Source: an uncultured delta proteobacterium
GTDB taxonomy: Bacteria > Myxococcota_A > Polyangia > Fen-1088
Direction of reading: 5' to 3'
NCBI GenBank assembly: GCA_963767925.1
Contig: CAVYGB010000008.1
Location: forward strand, 256,001 to 320,000
DNA length: 64,000 nucleotides
Of this stretch, positions 24,624 to 42,285 are shown one piece after another. Made by a program: the position numbers and the translations under genes. Position 1 is the stretch's first letter. Each line of letters begins with the position of its first letter. The notes under the pieces were generated by a model, which searched no databases, was not told the origin of the DNA, and worked only from the letters and a program-made list of their open reading frames with translations.

Positions 24624-25596
24624 ATGTCGGCCCGCGTGCCGAGCTTCACGGTTCGTAGCCTGCTCGGTTCCGAGACCGCGCTGGGCCTCGAGCTCCTGGC
24701 GGGCGGCGCGGGCCTCGACCGCCGTATCACCGTGCCCCGCATCCAGAAGCCGGGGCTGGCGCTGGCCGGTTACCTGCAACAGGTCCACCCCGAACGGGTC
24801 CAGATCCTGGGGTCGACCGAGCTCGGCTACCTGCAGAGCCTCCCCTCGGAGGAGGCCCGCCGCGGGCATCGACGGCTTTCTGGGGGTGGGGCCCGCCTGC
24901 GTGCTCGTCACCAAGGGCCTGGATGTCCCCATGGACCTGCTCGAGCTGGGCAACGAGGCCCGGGTGCCGATCCTGCGCAGCAAGCTCCCCTCGTCGACGG
25001 TCATCGACGGTATCGAGCGGTTCATGGAGTATGCTCTGGCGCCGAGCGCGAGCATTCACGGGGTGCTGGTCGACGTGCTGGGGGTGGGTGTGTTGCTGTT
25101 CGGGCGCAGCAGCGTCGGCAAGTCGGAGGCGGCGCTCGAGCTCATCATGCGCGGCTTCCGGCTGGTCGCAGACGACCTGGTGGAGGTCCGGCGACTGGCG
25201 GGGGAGGTGCTCCTGGGGCGGGCCTCCGAGCTGATCAAGCACCACATGGAAATCCGGGGTCTGGGTATCATCAACATCAAGGACATGTTCGGGGTGGCGG
25301 CGGTCCGCGACGAGAAGAAGATCGAGCTCGTGCTGGAGCTGCACCCCTGGACCGAGAGCGAAAGCGTGGACCGCCTGGGCATCGACGACCTGACCTACGA
25401 GATCCTGGGCGTGAAGGTGCCCATGTTGTGCATCCCGGTGTCGCCGGGCCGGAACGTCAGCTCGCTCATCGAGGTGGCGGCCCGCAACCGGCTTTTGCAG
25501 GTCCGGGGCCACCACTCGGCCCGTGAGTTCCAGGAGCGCCTGGACCAGGCCCTCGAGGCGGCCCGCGAGCACCGGCAGCGGGGGGACGTCGAATGA
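24624..25596 (+). CDS. hprK: HPr kinase/phosphorylase, frameshift near 24870-24890
   Basis: IQKPGLALAG; HGVLVDV.GVGVLL.G...GKSE; LVADD; EIRGLGII; PGRN. Confidence 0.93.
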
Positions 25597-26454
25597 AGGT
25601 CGTGGTGGTCACGGGCGTCTCGGGCGCCGGCAAGTCGACGGCCCTGCGGGCCCTGGAGGACCTGGGGTTCTACTGCGCCGACAACCTACCCATGCCCCTG
25701 CTGCCGAAGTTCATCGAGCTGCTGGCGGCGCGCGAGGAGGTCTCCCGGGCCGCCCTGGTCGTCGACGCCCGCAGCGGGGACTTCCTCGAGGACGCCGCGC
25801 CCACCCTGGAGGCGGTGCGGGCGGCCGGCCACTCGATCGAGGTGCTGTTCCTCGACGCCCCCGACGACGTCCTCATCCGCCGCTTCTCCGAGACCCGCCG
25901 GCGCCATCCCCTCTCGGGCAGCAACGTGCGCGAGGGGCTCGCGGCCGAGCGGTCGTCGCTGGCCCCCCTCCGCCAGGCGGCCACCACCGTCGTCGACACG
26001 CGCGACCTGACCGTCCACGCCCTGCGGGCGCTCGTGCTCGAGCGTTATGGACGCAGCGAGGCGACGCTGGCGGTCACGGTGCTGTCGTTCGGTTTCAAGT
26101 ACGGCGTGCCCGATGGAGGCCGACATGGTCCTCGACGTGCGGTTCCTGCCGAACCCCTTCTTCGTGGAGGGCCTCTCCGGCCTGACCGGGGAGGACCCTC
26201 AGGTGGGCAAGTTCGTCCTCGAGAACCCCGAGACCCAGCTCTTTCTGGCCAAGGCCGAGGAGCTGCTGGCCCTCTGCCTGGCCGCCTTCGAACGGGAGGG
26301 AAAGTCTTACGCCACCGTGGCCATCGGCTGCACCGGCGGCCGCCACCGATCGGTGGTCCTGGCGGTCGAGCTCGGCCGCCGCCTGCGCACCATCTCGACG
26401 GTTTCTGTTCGTCACCGTGACGTCCACCGCGGGCAACCCGGGGCACCGGTGTAA
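25593..26454 (+). CDS. rapZ: RNase adapter / P-loop protein RapZ, frameshift near 26110
   Basis: TGVSGAGKS, RFSETRRRHP, SFGFKYG, DVRFLPNP, IGCTGGRHRSV. Confidence 0.93.
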
Positions 26455-26468
26455 ACTTTGGGCCCCTG

Positions 26469-26922
26469 ATGCCCAAGACCAACCAAACGGATCCCCAGGT
26501 CGGAGTCGTGGTTATCACCCATGGCCGGGCCGCCGAAGCCATGGTGTCGGCCGCTCGATCGATCCTGGGCAAGCTGCCGGGCCTGGAGCGCCGTGTCGGC
26601 CCCTGTGGGCGCCGAGATGCACGCTCTGGTGGAGAAGATCTCCCAGGCCTGCGAAGATGTGGATCAGGGTGCGGGGGTGTTGCTGCTGGTAGACGTTCAC
26701 GGGTCGACTCCATTCCACGCCGCGATGACCATGCTCGACGGCACGCGGCCGGCCGAGGTGCTTTGCGGCGTGAACCTGCCGATGCTGATCAAGCTGGCCA
26801 ACCTGGACCGGACGCAGGGCCCCCCCATCGTTCTGGCCGAGGAGCTGCGCGAGTCGGGGCGCCGGTCGATCCGACTCGGTTCGGAGCTGACCGGCAAGGT
26901 GGCGGCCGAGGGCCAGCGTTGA
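26469..26922 (+). CDS. PTS EIIA, mannose/fructose type, frameshift near 26590
   Basis: GVVVITHG; GVLLLVD..GSTP; GVNLPMLI. Confidence 0.85.
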
Positions 26923-26934
26923 GGAGGCGGGTAC

Positions 26935-27253
26935 GTGGCCAAACCGGATCCAGCGTCGGATCAGTCGGATCAAATGACGGGTGAAGCGCGCTCCCGGCTC
27001 AAGATCCGCAACAAGCTCGGCTTGCACGCGCGGGCCGCGGTGAAGTTCGTCCAGCTCGCGAGCCAGTTCAAGGCCGATATCACGGTGAGCAAGGACGGGC
27101 AGGACGCCAACGGCAAGAGCATCATGGGCCTGCTCACCCTGGTGGCGGCCTGCGGGATGGAGATCGAGGTCGCCGTCACAGGCGCCGACGCCGAGCCGGC
27201 GATGGCGGCCCTGGCGGCCCTGGTGAACCGGGGCTTCGACGAGGGAGTCACCG

Positions 27254-27261
<8 letters not shown>
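26935..27261 (+). CDS. ptsH: phosphocarrier protein HPr
   Basis: NKLGLHARAA (His15), NGKSIMGLL (Ser46). Confidence 0.93.
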
Positions 27262-29042
<1,781 letters not shown>

Positions 29043-29222
29043 GGACCGCGTCGGACGCCCGACGCCATCGACGTTTTGCTCGACGGCGTCCATCCCGCAG
29101 GGGCGGGACCCCGAGGGCGTTGGCGCGACCGAGGGTCCGGCTGTAGTAACCCCCCCTGTCCCTGGTATTGAAGTAGACTATCCGCGGGTTCGGGGGCGGA
29201 CCCGGGTCCTTCCAGTGCGCTC

Positions 29223-30890
29223 ATGAACATGCGCCTTTTCGTCACCATTTCTCTGCTCGTGGCCGGGGCTGGTTGCCTGCCGGAAGATCCGGCCGTCCAG
29301 GGCCGTCTGCTCTATCCGGGCATCAACGTCGAGAACCCGACCTTCGCCGACTACGAGGTCCTCGGTGGCGAGCCCTGGGTCTTCTTCAACGTCCGGCAGC
29401 GCCGGCCGGCCGACGGCCTGGGCGGCATGGTCGATCTGCACCGGGTGCACTGGGACGACGGCCGGCTGGAGGTGGTGGTGGCGGGCGTCTCCGAGCGATC
29501 GGAGTGGTCGAGCCACGAGACCGACGCCGAAGGGGCCACCTACTACATGCTCGAGGAGCGGCTGGTGGAGAAGGCCGGCCTGGCGGTCGGCACCCTCGCC
29601 CGGGTCACCCTGGAAGGTGGCATCCGGGAGACGATCCCGGACGTGCTGAGCTACGGCCTCCATTCCAGCCGCCAGCGCTTCCACTACAAGAAACACGTCC
29701 CCAGCTTGCGCTGGCCCGAGCTGCACCTGCGCACCCTGGCCGGCGAAGACCGGAATCTGGGGCCGGTGTCCGGGCAGATCCAGTTCGTCGGGACCAACAA
29801 GCTCTATTTCATCAGCGGGGACGACCAGACCATGGTCCGCATGGTGGGCCTGGACAGCGAGCCCCAGGTCCTGCGCGCCGGGGTCACCCGGTTCGAGCTG
29901 CACTACCTGGAGAAGCTGGCCATCGTCACCCTCAAGGAAGAGATGGCGGTGCGGACGGTGGTCCTCGATCTGGACACGTTCAAGGAGCGCCCCCTGCCGG
30001 TGGAGAACCCCTGCTGCTGGCTCGGGCTGCGGGGCAACGTCGCCATGTTCGCCGAGAGCGCCAGCGGGGGCACCCCGGCCAAGCTCCACAGCTTCGACAT
30101 CGTGTCGGGAGCGCACGACGTCGTCCTCATGCCCGAGGGGCTGGCCGACGTGCGATCGATCATCCCTCGATCGCCCTTTCCCGATTCGCTCGTCGTCGAC
30201 GGCGCCGGCCGGCTGGCCCTCATGCGCCCGGGGCAGCCGCCCACCGTCGAGCTCCTCAACCTTCGCCCCAGCGTCCCGAAGTTCACCTCCGACGGCAAGC
30301 ACCTCATCTATATCGAGCGCGAGCCGGATCCTCCTCCCCCGGCGGTCAATAGCACGCCCTCCGGCCAGCTCATGGTCCAGGACGCCGAGCAGTGGGACCT
30401 GCCTCCCCGCGTGTTGACCCCCCCGGGATCGAGTTGCCTCATCGCGCCCAGCCCGGGGTATCTTTTGCCCGTCGACCGGCCCCGCCAGGTGATCTTCTGG
30501 GCCAGGTTCGGGCTGGGGGCCTCCGACCTCTACCTCACCGATCTCGACTCTCGCCAGACGCTGAAGCTGGCGGTGGGCATCGGCGCGGTGGCCATCGGGG
30601 GCCGCAACGTCCTGGGGGTCGTCCGCATCAATCAGGACCTCACCGGCGACCTCGTGCACCGGGACTTTCTCACCGGGGACGAGGAGATCATCGAGCACAG
30701 CGTGGCCGCGGCCACCACCCGCGATGATCCGGTGTTCGGGCCCATGGTGGCGTTCGTGGTGCGCGAGCGGATGGTCTCCTCCCACCGCAACGGCCTGTGG
30801 GCCGCGCCTCTGAAGCTGCTGCCCCCTCCCGAGGAGCGGGGCAACACCATCCGCCTCCCCGATCCGGACGCCGCCCTGACGCCGCCCTGA
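29223..30890 (+). CDS. hypothetical lipoprotein, probably beta-propeller
   Basis: Lipobox LVAGAGC; beta-rich; PKFTSDGKHLIY resembles a TolB-like blade. Confidence 0.7.
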   Translation: MNMRLFVTISLLVAGAGCLPEDPAVQGRLLYPGINVENPTFADYEVLGGEPWVFFNVRQRRPADGLGGMVDLHRVHWDDGRLEVVVAGVSERSEWSSHETDAEGATYYMLEERLVEKAGLAVGTLARVTLEGGIRETIPDVLSYGLHSSRQRFHYKKHVPSLRWPELHLRTLAGEDRNLGPVSGQIQFVGTNKLYFISGDDQTMVRMVGLDSEPQVLRAGVTRFELHYLEKLAIVTLKEEMAVRTVVLDLDTFKERPLPVENPCCWLGLRGNVAMFAESASGGTPAKLHSFDIVSGAHDVVLMPEGLADVRSIIPRSPFPDSLVVDGAGRLALMRPGQPPTVELLNLRPSVPKFTSDGKHLIYIEREPDPPPPAVNSTPSGQLMVQDAEQWDLPPRVLTPPGSSCLIAPSPGYLLPVDRPRQVIFWARFGLGASDLYLTDLDSRQTLKLAVGIGAVAIGGRNVLGVVRINQDLTGDLVHRDFLTGDEEIIEHSVAAATTRDDPVFGPMVAFVVRERMVSSHRNGLWAAPLKLLPPPEERGNTIRLPDPDAALTPP

Positions 30891-30895
30891 CGCCC

Positions 30896-33184
30896 ATGAT
30901 CACCACGTTCGCCTGTCTCGTCCTGCTCGGCCTGACAGCGCCCGCCCCCGACGCGGGCCCCTTGCCCCCGGCTCCCGACGCCGGCGTGCCCGCCCCCGCA
31001 CCGGACGCGGCCCTTCCGGCGGCGGCTCCGGTCGCGCCGTCGGACCAGGAGGCGGCGGCGCCCGCGGTGGCTGCGCCGGCCGCGCCGGCTGCCTCGCCGC
31101 CCACTGCGCCCGCCCCTCCAGCGCCGGCGGTCCGGAGCGTGGTGGTGCGGGGGGTGGTGCTCGCCCGGGGCACCCGGGATCCGGTCGTGCAGGCCAGCGT
31201 GCTCGTGGATGCGGTCGGGCTCGCCGAGAGCGACGACCTCGGGCGCTTCGTGATCGAGGTGTCCCCCGGTCGCCACCGCCTCCAGATCCAGGCTCCCGGC
31301 TTCGATCCCGCGGACGTTCCCCTCGATCTCCGTCCCGACGGCCCCGAGGCCGCGCTCACGGTCCGCCTCATGCCACGGCTCAGCGGCGAGCGCTACGAGA
31401 CGGTCGTCTCGACGTCCGCGCAGGCGGCCATCGAGCTGAACCAGAACGACTTGACCCGCACCGCCGGATCCCTGGGCGAGCCCTTCCGGGTCATCGAGTC
31501 GCTCCCCGGCGTGACCCAGGTTGCCTGGCCGCTCTCGCTGTACGCCATCCGGGGGGCCAACCCGGGCAACACGGGCTTTTTCCTCGACGGCGTCCGCTTG
31601 CCGGCCCTGTTCCACTTCGCCCTGGGTCCGGCCGTCATTCACCCTCACTTCCTCGAGAAGATGGAGTTCTATCCGGGCGGCTACCCGGCCCAGTACGGCC
31701 GCTTCGTCTCGGGCGTCGTGGCGGCGTCCACCGCCTCACCAAAGCCGGATCGGGTGCGAGGATCGGTCGACGTCCGCCTGTTCGACGCCGGCGGCATCGT
31801 CACCACCCCCTTCAACGAGGGCCGCGGCACCGTGGCCCTCGCGGGGCGCTATTCCTACACCGGCCTGCTCTTCTCGCTGCTCTCGCCCGACTATACTCTG
31901 CGCTACTGGGACTACCAGGGGCGCATCGATCACGCGCTCGGGCCCGGCCGGCTGACGCTGTTCGCCTTTGGATCGAGCGACATCCTGGCCAACAAGTCCT
32001 ACGCCGAGACGAACGCGGAGATCCGGTTCCACCGGATGGACCTGCGCTGGCAGGGCAGGGTGGGGCCGGGCCGCCTGCTGGTCGGCAACGCCGTGGGGCT
32101 CGACCAGTCCGCGGTCTCGCTGGACCCGGTCGTGCGCCTGCCCATCCGGATCCGCACCACCAGCCTGGCCCCCCGGGTGGGATATGTCGTCTCGGGCGAC
32201 CGGCTGGACTGGGAGATCGGTGGCGATGCCGAGTCGCAGTGGCTGCGCCCCCGCTTCGAGCGGGAGGACACCGAGCCTCAGGGGCTGTCGGCCAATCGGC
32301 TGGTGCTGGCGGCGGGCGGTTACACCTCGCTCACCTGGCGGCCGACGCCGGACATCCAGATCGCGCCCGGCCTCCGCTACGACGTCTTCTTCGAGGCCGA
32401 TGCCCGCAAGATCGAGCCGGGCCCCCGCGTCTCCATGCGGTTTCGGCCGGGCGGCGAGACCTGGCTCAAGGCCCAGGTGGGCCGCTTCTCGCAGATGGCG
32501 AGCCTGCCGGTCGCGGTGCCGGGCTTCGAGAGCTTCGGGTTGAGCACCCTGGGCACCCAGACCTCCAAGCAGGGATCCTTCGGCATCGAGCAAGGCCTCG
32601 CCGAGGCCCTGTCCCTCGACGTCACGGGCTTTTACCAGCGGCTGCTGCTCACCGATCTGCTGAGCGTCTTCAATTACGACCCCGCCGATCCACGGTTGCT
32701 CGAGCTCCGGGACGGCGAGAGCTACGGGGTCGAGGTGATGCTGCGCCGCTCGCAGAACCGCAGCTTCTTCGGTTGGCTGGCTTATACCCTGTCCTGGAGC
32801 CAGCGCCTGGTGGGTCCGAGCCGCGCGAAAGCCTGGTCGGACTGGGACCAGCGTCACGTCCTCAACCTCGTCACCGGCGTGCGTTTTGGCGGGGGATACA
32901 GCCTGGGAACGCGCTTTCACCTCAACACCGGCCGGCCCTACCCGGTGTTCGACGAGGACAACCCCGGGCCACCCGACTACACCCGCCTGCCGACCTTCTA
33001 TCAACTCGACATCCGGGCGGACAAACGCTTCGTGTTCGAGAACTACGTCCTCGATGTGTACGTGGAGGCGGTCAACACGACGCTGACCCGGCAGGTTTTC
33101 GACATCAAGCGGGTCGGGGGCCGGGTCGACGAGAAGGCGTACAAGATCGTGCTGCCCTCGGTGGGCGTGCACGCCGAGTGGTAG
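30896..33184 (+). CDS. TonB-dependent receptor (myxobacterial type)
   Basis: Signal peptide, Pro/Ala linker, carboxypeptidase-regulatory-like domain, plug (GSLGEPFRVIESLPGV, IRG, FYPGGYPAQYG), C-terminus GVHAEW. Confidence 0.88.
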   Translation: MITTFACLVLLGLTAPAPDAGPLPPAPDAGVPAPAPDAALPAAAPVAPSDQEAAAPAVAAPAAPAASPPTAPAPPAPAVRSVVVRGVVLARGTRDPVVQASVLVDAVGLAESDDLGRFVIEVSPGRHRLQIQAPGFDPADVPLDLRPDGPEAALTVRLMPRLSGERYETVVSTSAQAAIELNQNDLTRTAGSLGEPFRVIESLPGVTQVAWPLSLYAIRGANPGNTGFFLDGVRLPALFHFALGPAVIHPHFLEKMEFYPGGYPAQYGRFVSGVVAASTASPKPDRVRGSVDVRLFDAGGIVTTPFNEGRGTVALAGRYSYTGLLFSLLSPDYTLRYWDYQGRIDHALGPGRLTLFAFGSSDILANKSYAETNAEIRFHRMDLRWQGRVGPGRLLVGNAVGLDQSAVSLDPVVRLPIRIRTTSLAPRVGYVVSGDRLDWEIGGDAESQWLRPRFEREDTEPQGLSANRLVLAAGGYTSLTWRPTPDIQIAPGLRYDVFFEADARKIEPGPRVSMRFRPGGETWLKAQVGRFSQMASLPVAVPGFESFGLSTLGTQTSKQGSFGIEQGLAEALSLDVTGFYQRLLLTDLLSVFNYDPADPRLLELRDGESYGVEVMLRRSQNRSFFGWLAYTLSWSQRLVGPSRAKAWSDWDQRHVLNLVTGVRFGGGYSLGTRFHLNTGRPYPVFDEDNPGPPDYTRLPTFYQLDIRADKRFVFENYVLDVYVEAVNTTLTRQVFDIKRVGGRVDEKAYKIVLPSVGVHAEW

Positions 33185-33343
33185 TCGCGCCTGGTAGTGG
33201 GGTGTGGGAGCCGGACGGCTCGACTACAACCTGTACGAGAACCTGAGCGGAACACTTTAGAAACCCGTCCGCCGAGCTCCAGGTAAATCGGAGCAAGGCC
33301 CTTGATTTTGACGGGTCGCTCGGATTATATCCGCGCCAGCCGC

Positions 33344-34000
33344 ATGGGCTCCCCCTCACTGTTTCGGCCTAGACACAATACCCTCGCCCGCCTCACGCTC
33401 CTCGTTGCTGGTGCTGGAGCAGTCGGAACCCTTCTCGGCGTCATGGGTTACGTGCGCAGCCCGCTCGCTCGAGGCATGCAGGATCCGGTCGAGCAACCCA
33501 TCCAGTTCGATCACCGTCACCACACGCGTGACGAGGGGATCGACTGCATGTTCTGCCACACGACCGTCGATCGATCGCCGCACGCCGGGATCCCCGACTC
33601 GCAGCTTTGCATGAACTGTCACTCGCAGATCTGGAACCAGAGCCCCTTGCTCGAGCCGCTCCGCCGGAGCTTCTTCGAGGGCAAGCCGATCGTCTGGCAG
33701 AAGGTCAACGACGTGCCCGACTTCGTGTACTTCAACCACGCTATCCACGTGAACAAGGGCGTCGGCTGCGTGAGCTGCCACGGCCGCGTCGATCAGATGG
33801 CCGCCGTGCAGAAGGCCGAGACCCTGACCATGAGCTTCTGTCTCGATTGTCACCGTCGGCCCGAGCCGCACCTGCGGCCGGTCGAGGAGGTCACCAACAT
33901 GGCCTGGAAGCCGGAGTTCGACCCGCTTGCCTTCGGCACCGAGCTCAAGCAGCAGAACCAGGTTCACACCCGGACCAGTTGCACGACCTGCCACCGTTGA
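33344..34000 (+). CDS. actA: ACIII pentaheme cytochrome c
   Basis: 5 CxxCH motifs, QPIQFDH, PDFVYFNH. Confidence 0.93.
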   Translation: MGSPSLFRPRHNTLARLTLLVAGAGAVGTLLGVMGYVRSPLARGMQDPVEQPIQFDHRHHTRDEGIDCMFCHTTVDRSPHAGIPDSQLCMNCHSQIWNQSPLLEPLRRSFFEGKPIVWQKVNDVPDFVYFNHAIHVNKGVGCVSCHGRVDQMAAVQKAETLTMSFCLDCHRRPEPHLRPVEEVTNMAWKPEFDPLAFGTELKQQNQVHTRTSCTTCHR

Positions 34001-34005
34001 AAGTC

Positions 34006-37149
<3,144 letters not shown>

Positions 37150-37152
37150 ACC

Positions 37153-38578
<1,426 letters not shown>

Positions 38579-38582
<4 letters not shown>

Positions 38583-39163
38583 GCGAGGCGGGAAGTTCCC
38601 ACGGGGGGGGCCACGGGGACGCCTTCGTCCCCCAGCGTTTCGTGCTGGCCGAGTTCCCCACGCCCGACGCCCTGCTCGAGGGGACCCGCAAGATGCGGGA
38701 GAAGGGCTGGAAGGGGCTCGACACCCACACCCCATACCCGCTGCACGGGATCGAGGCGGCGCTGGGCCTGGGCCGGCCGCGCATCCCCACCATCGTCCTG
38801 GGCGGGGCCATCGCCGGCGCCGTGCTGGGCTACGGGATGATGTACTTCATGAACGTGGTCGACTTCCCCATCAACGTCGGGAACCGGCCGCCCCACTCGG
38901 CCCCCGCCTTCATCCCCATCACCTTCGAGCTGGCGGTCCTGCTGGGGGGCGCCTCGGCCTTCTTCGGCTCTCTGCTGGCGCTGTTCAAGTTCCCCACCCC
39001 CTATCACCCGCTGTTCGAGTCGGAGAGCTTCCGCCGGGCCAGCATCGACGGCTTCTTCCTGTCGATCGAGGTCCTCGAGCGCAAGCGCCCCGAAGACATC
39101 ATGGACGACGCCCGGCTGCTGGGAGCAGTCAACGTCGAGGTCGTCGAGGAGAGATTCCGATGA
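38579..39163 (+). CDS. actD: ACIII subunit D (DUF3341)
   Basis: [28 protein letters not shown] overlaps at both ends. Confidence 0.9.
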
Positions 39164-39753
39164 TCGGGCGGCAGGTTTTCTCCGGGCTGGCCCTGCTGGC
39201 CCTGCTGGGCGGAGTCGGTTGCGACGAGGACGCCATCAACCCGATGGCGGCCCGCCAGCCCCGGGTCGGCACCTACTCGCCGAGCGAGTTTTATTCCGAC
39301 GGGCTGGGCATGCGCCAGCCACCGGTGGGTACGGTCCCCCGCCAGCGCATCACCGGCAACCCCGCCCTGACGAGCGGAAAACAGGGCGCCGTCTACTCGA
39401 GCACCTTCCCGGTCCGGATCGACGAGGCGCTCATGCGCATCGGCCGGAAGCGGTACGACGTCATCTGCGGCACCTGCCACGGCCCCCTCGGCGACGGGGA
39501 CAGCATCGTCGCCAAGCAGATGTCGCTGCGCCCGCCGCCGTCGCTCATCGATTATGCCAACCGACCTACCGGGTATCTGTTCGAGGTGGTCAGCAAGGGG
39601 CACGGCCTGATGGCCTCCTACGCGGCGGAGCTTCCGGTGCCGGAGCGCTGGGCGGTGGTGGCCTACGTGCGGGCCCTGCAGATCAGCCGGACCGCGACCC
39701 TGGACAAGGCGCCGCTGGCCGAACGGACCCGGCTCGAGAAGGAGACCCCGTGA
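39160..39753 (+). CDS. actE: ACIII monoheme cytochrome c lipoprotein
   Basis: Lipobox [24 protein letters not shown]. Confidence 0.9.
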   Translation: MIGRQVFSGLALLALLGGVGCDEDAINPMAARQPRVGTYSPSEFYSDGLGMRQPPVGTVPRQRITGNPALTSGKQGAVYSSTFPVRIDEALMRIGRKRYDVICGTCHGPLGDGDSIVAKQMSLRPPPSLIDYANRPTGYLFEVVSKGHGLMASYAAELPVPERWAVVAYVRALQISRTATLDKAPLAERTRLEKETP

Positions 39754-40940
39754 ACATCCCCGCGCAGACGTACCAGGGCGGCGCCTTCGCCAAGGTGATG
39801 GGGGTGGGAGCGGTCTTCACCGGCATCGCGGTGGCCGGCATCTTCATCGATCGCGAGGCGGCCCTCTTCTCCTACCTGGTGGCCTTCGTCTACTGGGCGG
39901 GGGTGGCGCTGTCCTCCCTCATCCTGCTGATGATCTTCCACGCCTTCCGGGCCAAGTGGATGGTGGTGCTGCGCCGGCCCCTCGAGGTCATGGCCATCAC
40001 CGTCCCGGTGTACCTGGTGCTGGCGATCCCCGTCTTGCTCTGCCTGGGCGACATCTACAGCTGGGTCAACCCGGAGGGGCGGGGAATCTTCACCACCCAC
40101 GAGCTTCACCTCATCCACCAGAAGGGCGCCTACCTGAACCCGACCTTCTTCATCGCCCGGACGGTGGGGTACTTCGTGGTGGGCGGGCTGGTGGGCTGGC
40201 GGCTGTTCGGCCTGTCGACCCGCCAGGACAGCTCCGGCGACCCCCAGCTCACCCAGCGCCAGCGTAACCTGGGGGTGGGAGCCCTGCCGTTGATGGCGAT
40301 GGTCATCACCTTCGCCTCCTTCGACTGGATGATGAGCCTCAACCCCACCTGGTTCTCCACCATCTTCGGGGTCTATTACTTCGCGGGCAGCTTCTGGAGC
40401 ACCATCGCCATCCTGATCATCGTCATCACGATGGCCCGGGGCCGCGACGCCTTCGCCGATCAGGTCAACGTCGAGCACATCCACAACCTCGGCAAGCTGC
40501 TGTTCGCCTTCACCTGCTTCTGGGCCTACATCGGGTTTTCCCAGATGATGCTCATCTGGATCGCCGGCCTGCCCGAAGAGGTCCCGTTCTACATCGTGCG
40601 CATGAAGGGGGAGTGGGCGGCGGCGGGGATCGCCCTCATCGTGGGGCACTTCTTCATCCCCTTCGCGCTCCTGCTGTCGCGAGACATCAAGCGCAACCCC
40701 GTCCGCCTGAGCATGGTGGCCGGCTGGGCGCTGCTGATGAACCTGCTCGACATCTTCTGGCTCATCATGCCCACGCTGGACCCCAACCACGTGACGCCTC
40801 ACTGGACGTTGCTGTTCGCCTTCGTCGGGCTGGGTGCGCTGGGGACGGCGTTCGGGCTGTGGAAGCTCCGCGGGCATCACACGTTGCCCGTGCGCGATCC
40901 CTTCCTGGAGACGTCCCTGCGCTATAGGCAACCGGTATGA
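39750..40940 (+). CDS. actF: ACIII subunit F
   Basis: [37 protein letters not shown]. Confidence 0.9.
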   Translation: MNIPAQTYQGGAFAKVMGVGAVFTGIAVAGIFIDREAALFSYLVAFVYWAGVALSSLILLMIFHAFRAKWMVVLRRPLEVMAITVPVYLVLAIPVLLCLGDIYSWVNPEGRGIFTTHELHLIHQKGAYLNPTFFIARTVGYFVVGGLVGWRLFGLSTRQDSSGDPQLTQRQRNLGVGALPLMAMVITFASFDWMMSLNPTWFSTIFGVYYFAGSFWSTIAILIIVITMARGRDAFADQVNVEHIHNLGKLLFAFTCFWAYIGFSQMMLIWIAGLPEEVPFYIVRMKGEWAAAGIALIVGHFFIPFALLLSRDIKRNPVRLSMVAGWALLMNLLDIFWLIMPTLDPNHVTPHWTLLFAFVGLGALGTAFGLWKLRGHHTLPVRDPFLETSLRYRQPV

Positions 40941-41377
40941 GTAACCCCCACTCCTCTACCCAATCGACGGCCCACCCGCCTGCCACCGGCGGGGCCGAGG
41001 ACGACGTCAACGTCAAGCTGATCCTCGGGGTCGGCCTGGTGTCGCTGATCGTGTTCGCGCTGTCGGCGGTGGTGGCCCACTGGATCTTGACCCGGGACGA
41101 GGCCGAGCTGCAGAAGCGGGGCGTGGCTCCGATGGTGCGCGGCATGGCCAAGCTGGACGAGATCGGGATCATCGACGCGGTCCCCTTCGACGCCGACCAG
41201 CGCCTCGACAGGTGGCGGGCGGAGAAGACGCGGACCCTCAGCTCCTACGGCTGGGTCGACCGCAAGAAAGGGATCATCCACATCCCGGTCGACGAGGCGG
41301 TCAAGGCGCTGATTCGCCAGACGCCTCCTCCTGCCGGCACACCTCCCGGGGGCGCCGCGCCGGGAGGGACGCCATGA
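40937..41377 (+). CDS. ACIII ActG-like single-TM protein
   Basis: One TM helix; LSSYGWVD...HIPVDEA; position between actF and sco. Confidence 0.75.
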   Translation: MSNPHSSTQSTAHPPATGGAEDDVNVKLILGVGLVSLIVFALSAVVAHWILTRDEAELQKRGVAPMVRGMAKLDEIGIIDAVPFDADQRLDRWRAEKTRTLSSYGWVDRKKGIIHIPVDEAVKALIRQTPPPAGTPPGGAAPGGTP

Positions 41378-42285
41378 ACCCGCTCTTCAAATCGGCCGCG
41401 ACGTTCACCACGACCCAGGGCCTGCGGCGCCCGCTCGGCCTGGCCCTGCTGCTGGTCCTGGCCGTCCCCGGATCGGCCTCGGCCTACATGCGCAACCGCG
41501 GTCCCATCGCCAACGTGTCGGCGGGCGAGGGGCGCTTCAGCGACGCCGACATCAACGTCATCGAGAACCTGGGTCAGCGCATCCCCGGAGGCCTCAGCTT
41601 CCAGGACGGTCGCGGGCACCGGGCCGATATCGACCCCCTGCTCGGCAAGGACAAGCCCCTCCTGGTCACGCTGGGGTATTACCGCTGCCCGCTGCTCTGC
41701 AACCTCGTGCACCAGGGTCTGGCCAAGGGGCTCAAGGAGGCGGGGATGTTGCCCGGGCGCGACTTCCAGGGCCTCTCGGTCAGCGTCGACCCCAACGAGG
41801 AGCCCAAGACCGCGGTGACCAACCAGCGGCGCCTGCTGCGCGCGCTGGGGGCGCCTGGCCCGGAGAACGACGTCCACTGGCCCTTCCTCATGCCCGCGCC
41901 GGGGCGAGAGGGCGAGGTGGCCCGCCTGGCTGACTCGGTCGGCTTCCGCTACAAATACGACGAGAAGGCCCGGCAGTTCGCCCACGCCGCGGTGGCCCTG
42001 GTGCTGACTCCGGAGGGCAAGATCTCCCGCTACCTCTACGGAGTGGACTTCAAGCCGCGCGACCTGCGCTTCGCCCTGGTCGAGGCCAGCGGGGGCCGCG
42101 TCGGCACCACGCTCGATCGCGTCCTGCTCACCTGTTTCAAATATGATCCCATGACCCAGGGTTACACGCCGTACGCCTTCGGTTTCGTGCGCATCGGAGC
42201 GCTGCTCTCGTGCGCGGCTCTGTTCACCTTGCTGGCCGTGCTCTGGCACCGCGAGTGGCAGAACCGCCGCAGGAGGCTGGCATGA
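41374..42285 (+). CDS. SCO/SenC copper chaperone
   Basis: YYRCPLLC, FAH, TPEGKISRYLYG. Confidence 0.9.
   Translation: MNPLFKSAATFTTTQGLRRPLGLALLLVLAVPGSASAYMRNRGPIANVSAGEGRFSDADINVIENLGQRIPGGLSFQDGRGHRADIDPLLGKDKPLLVTLGYYRCPLLCNLVHQGLAKGLKEAGMLPGRDFQGLSVSVDPNEEPKTAVTNQRRLLRALGAPGPENDVHWPFLMPAPGREGEVARLADSVGFRYKYDEKARQFAHAAVALVLTPEGKISRYLYGVDFKPRDLRFALVEASGGRVGTTLDRVLLTCFKYDPMTQGYTPYAFGFVRIGALLSCAALFTLLAVLWHREWQNRRRRLA

Noticed and set aside
33181..33227. GTAGTCG...CGACTAC inverted repeat starting at the TBDR stop, similar to the mini-element stem
   Set aside because: Only 7 bp and lacks the CGCTTCGCTC core; cannot be separated from chance or an ordinary 3' hairpin
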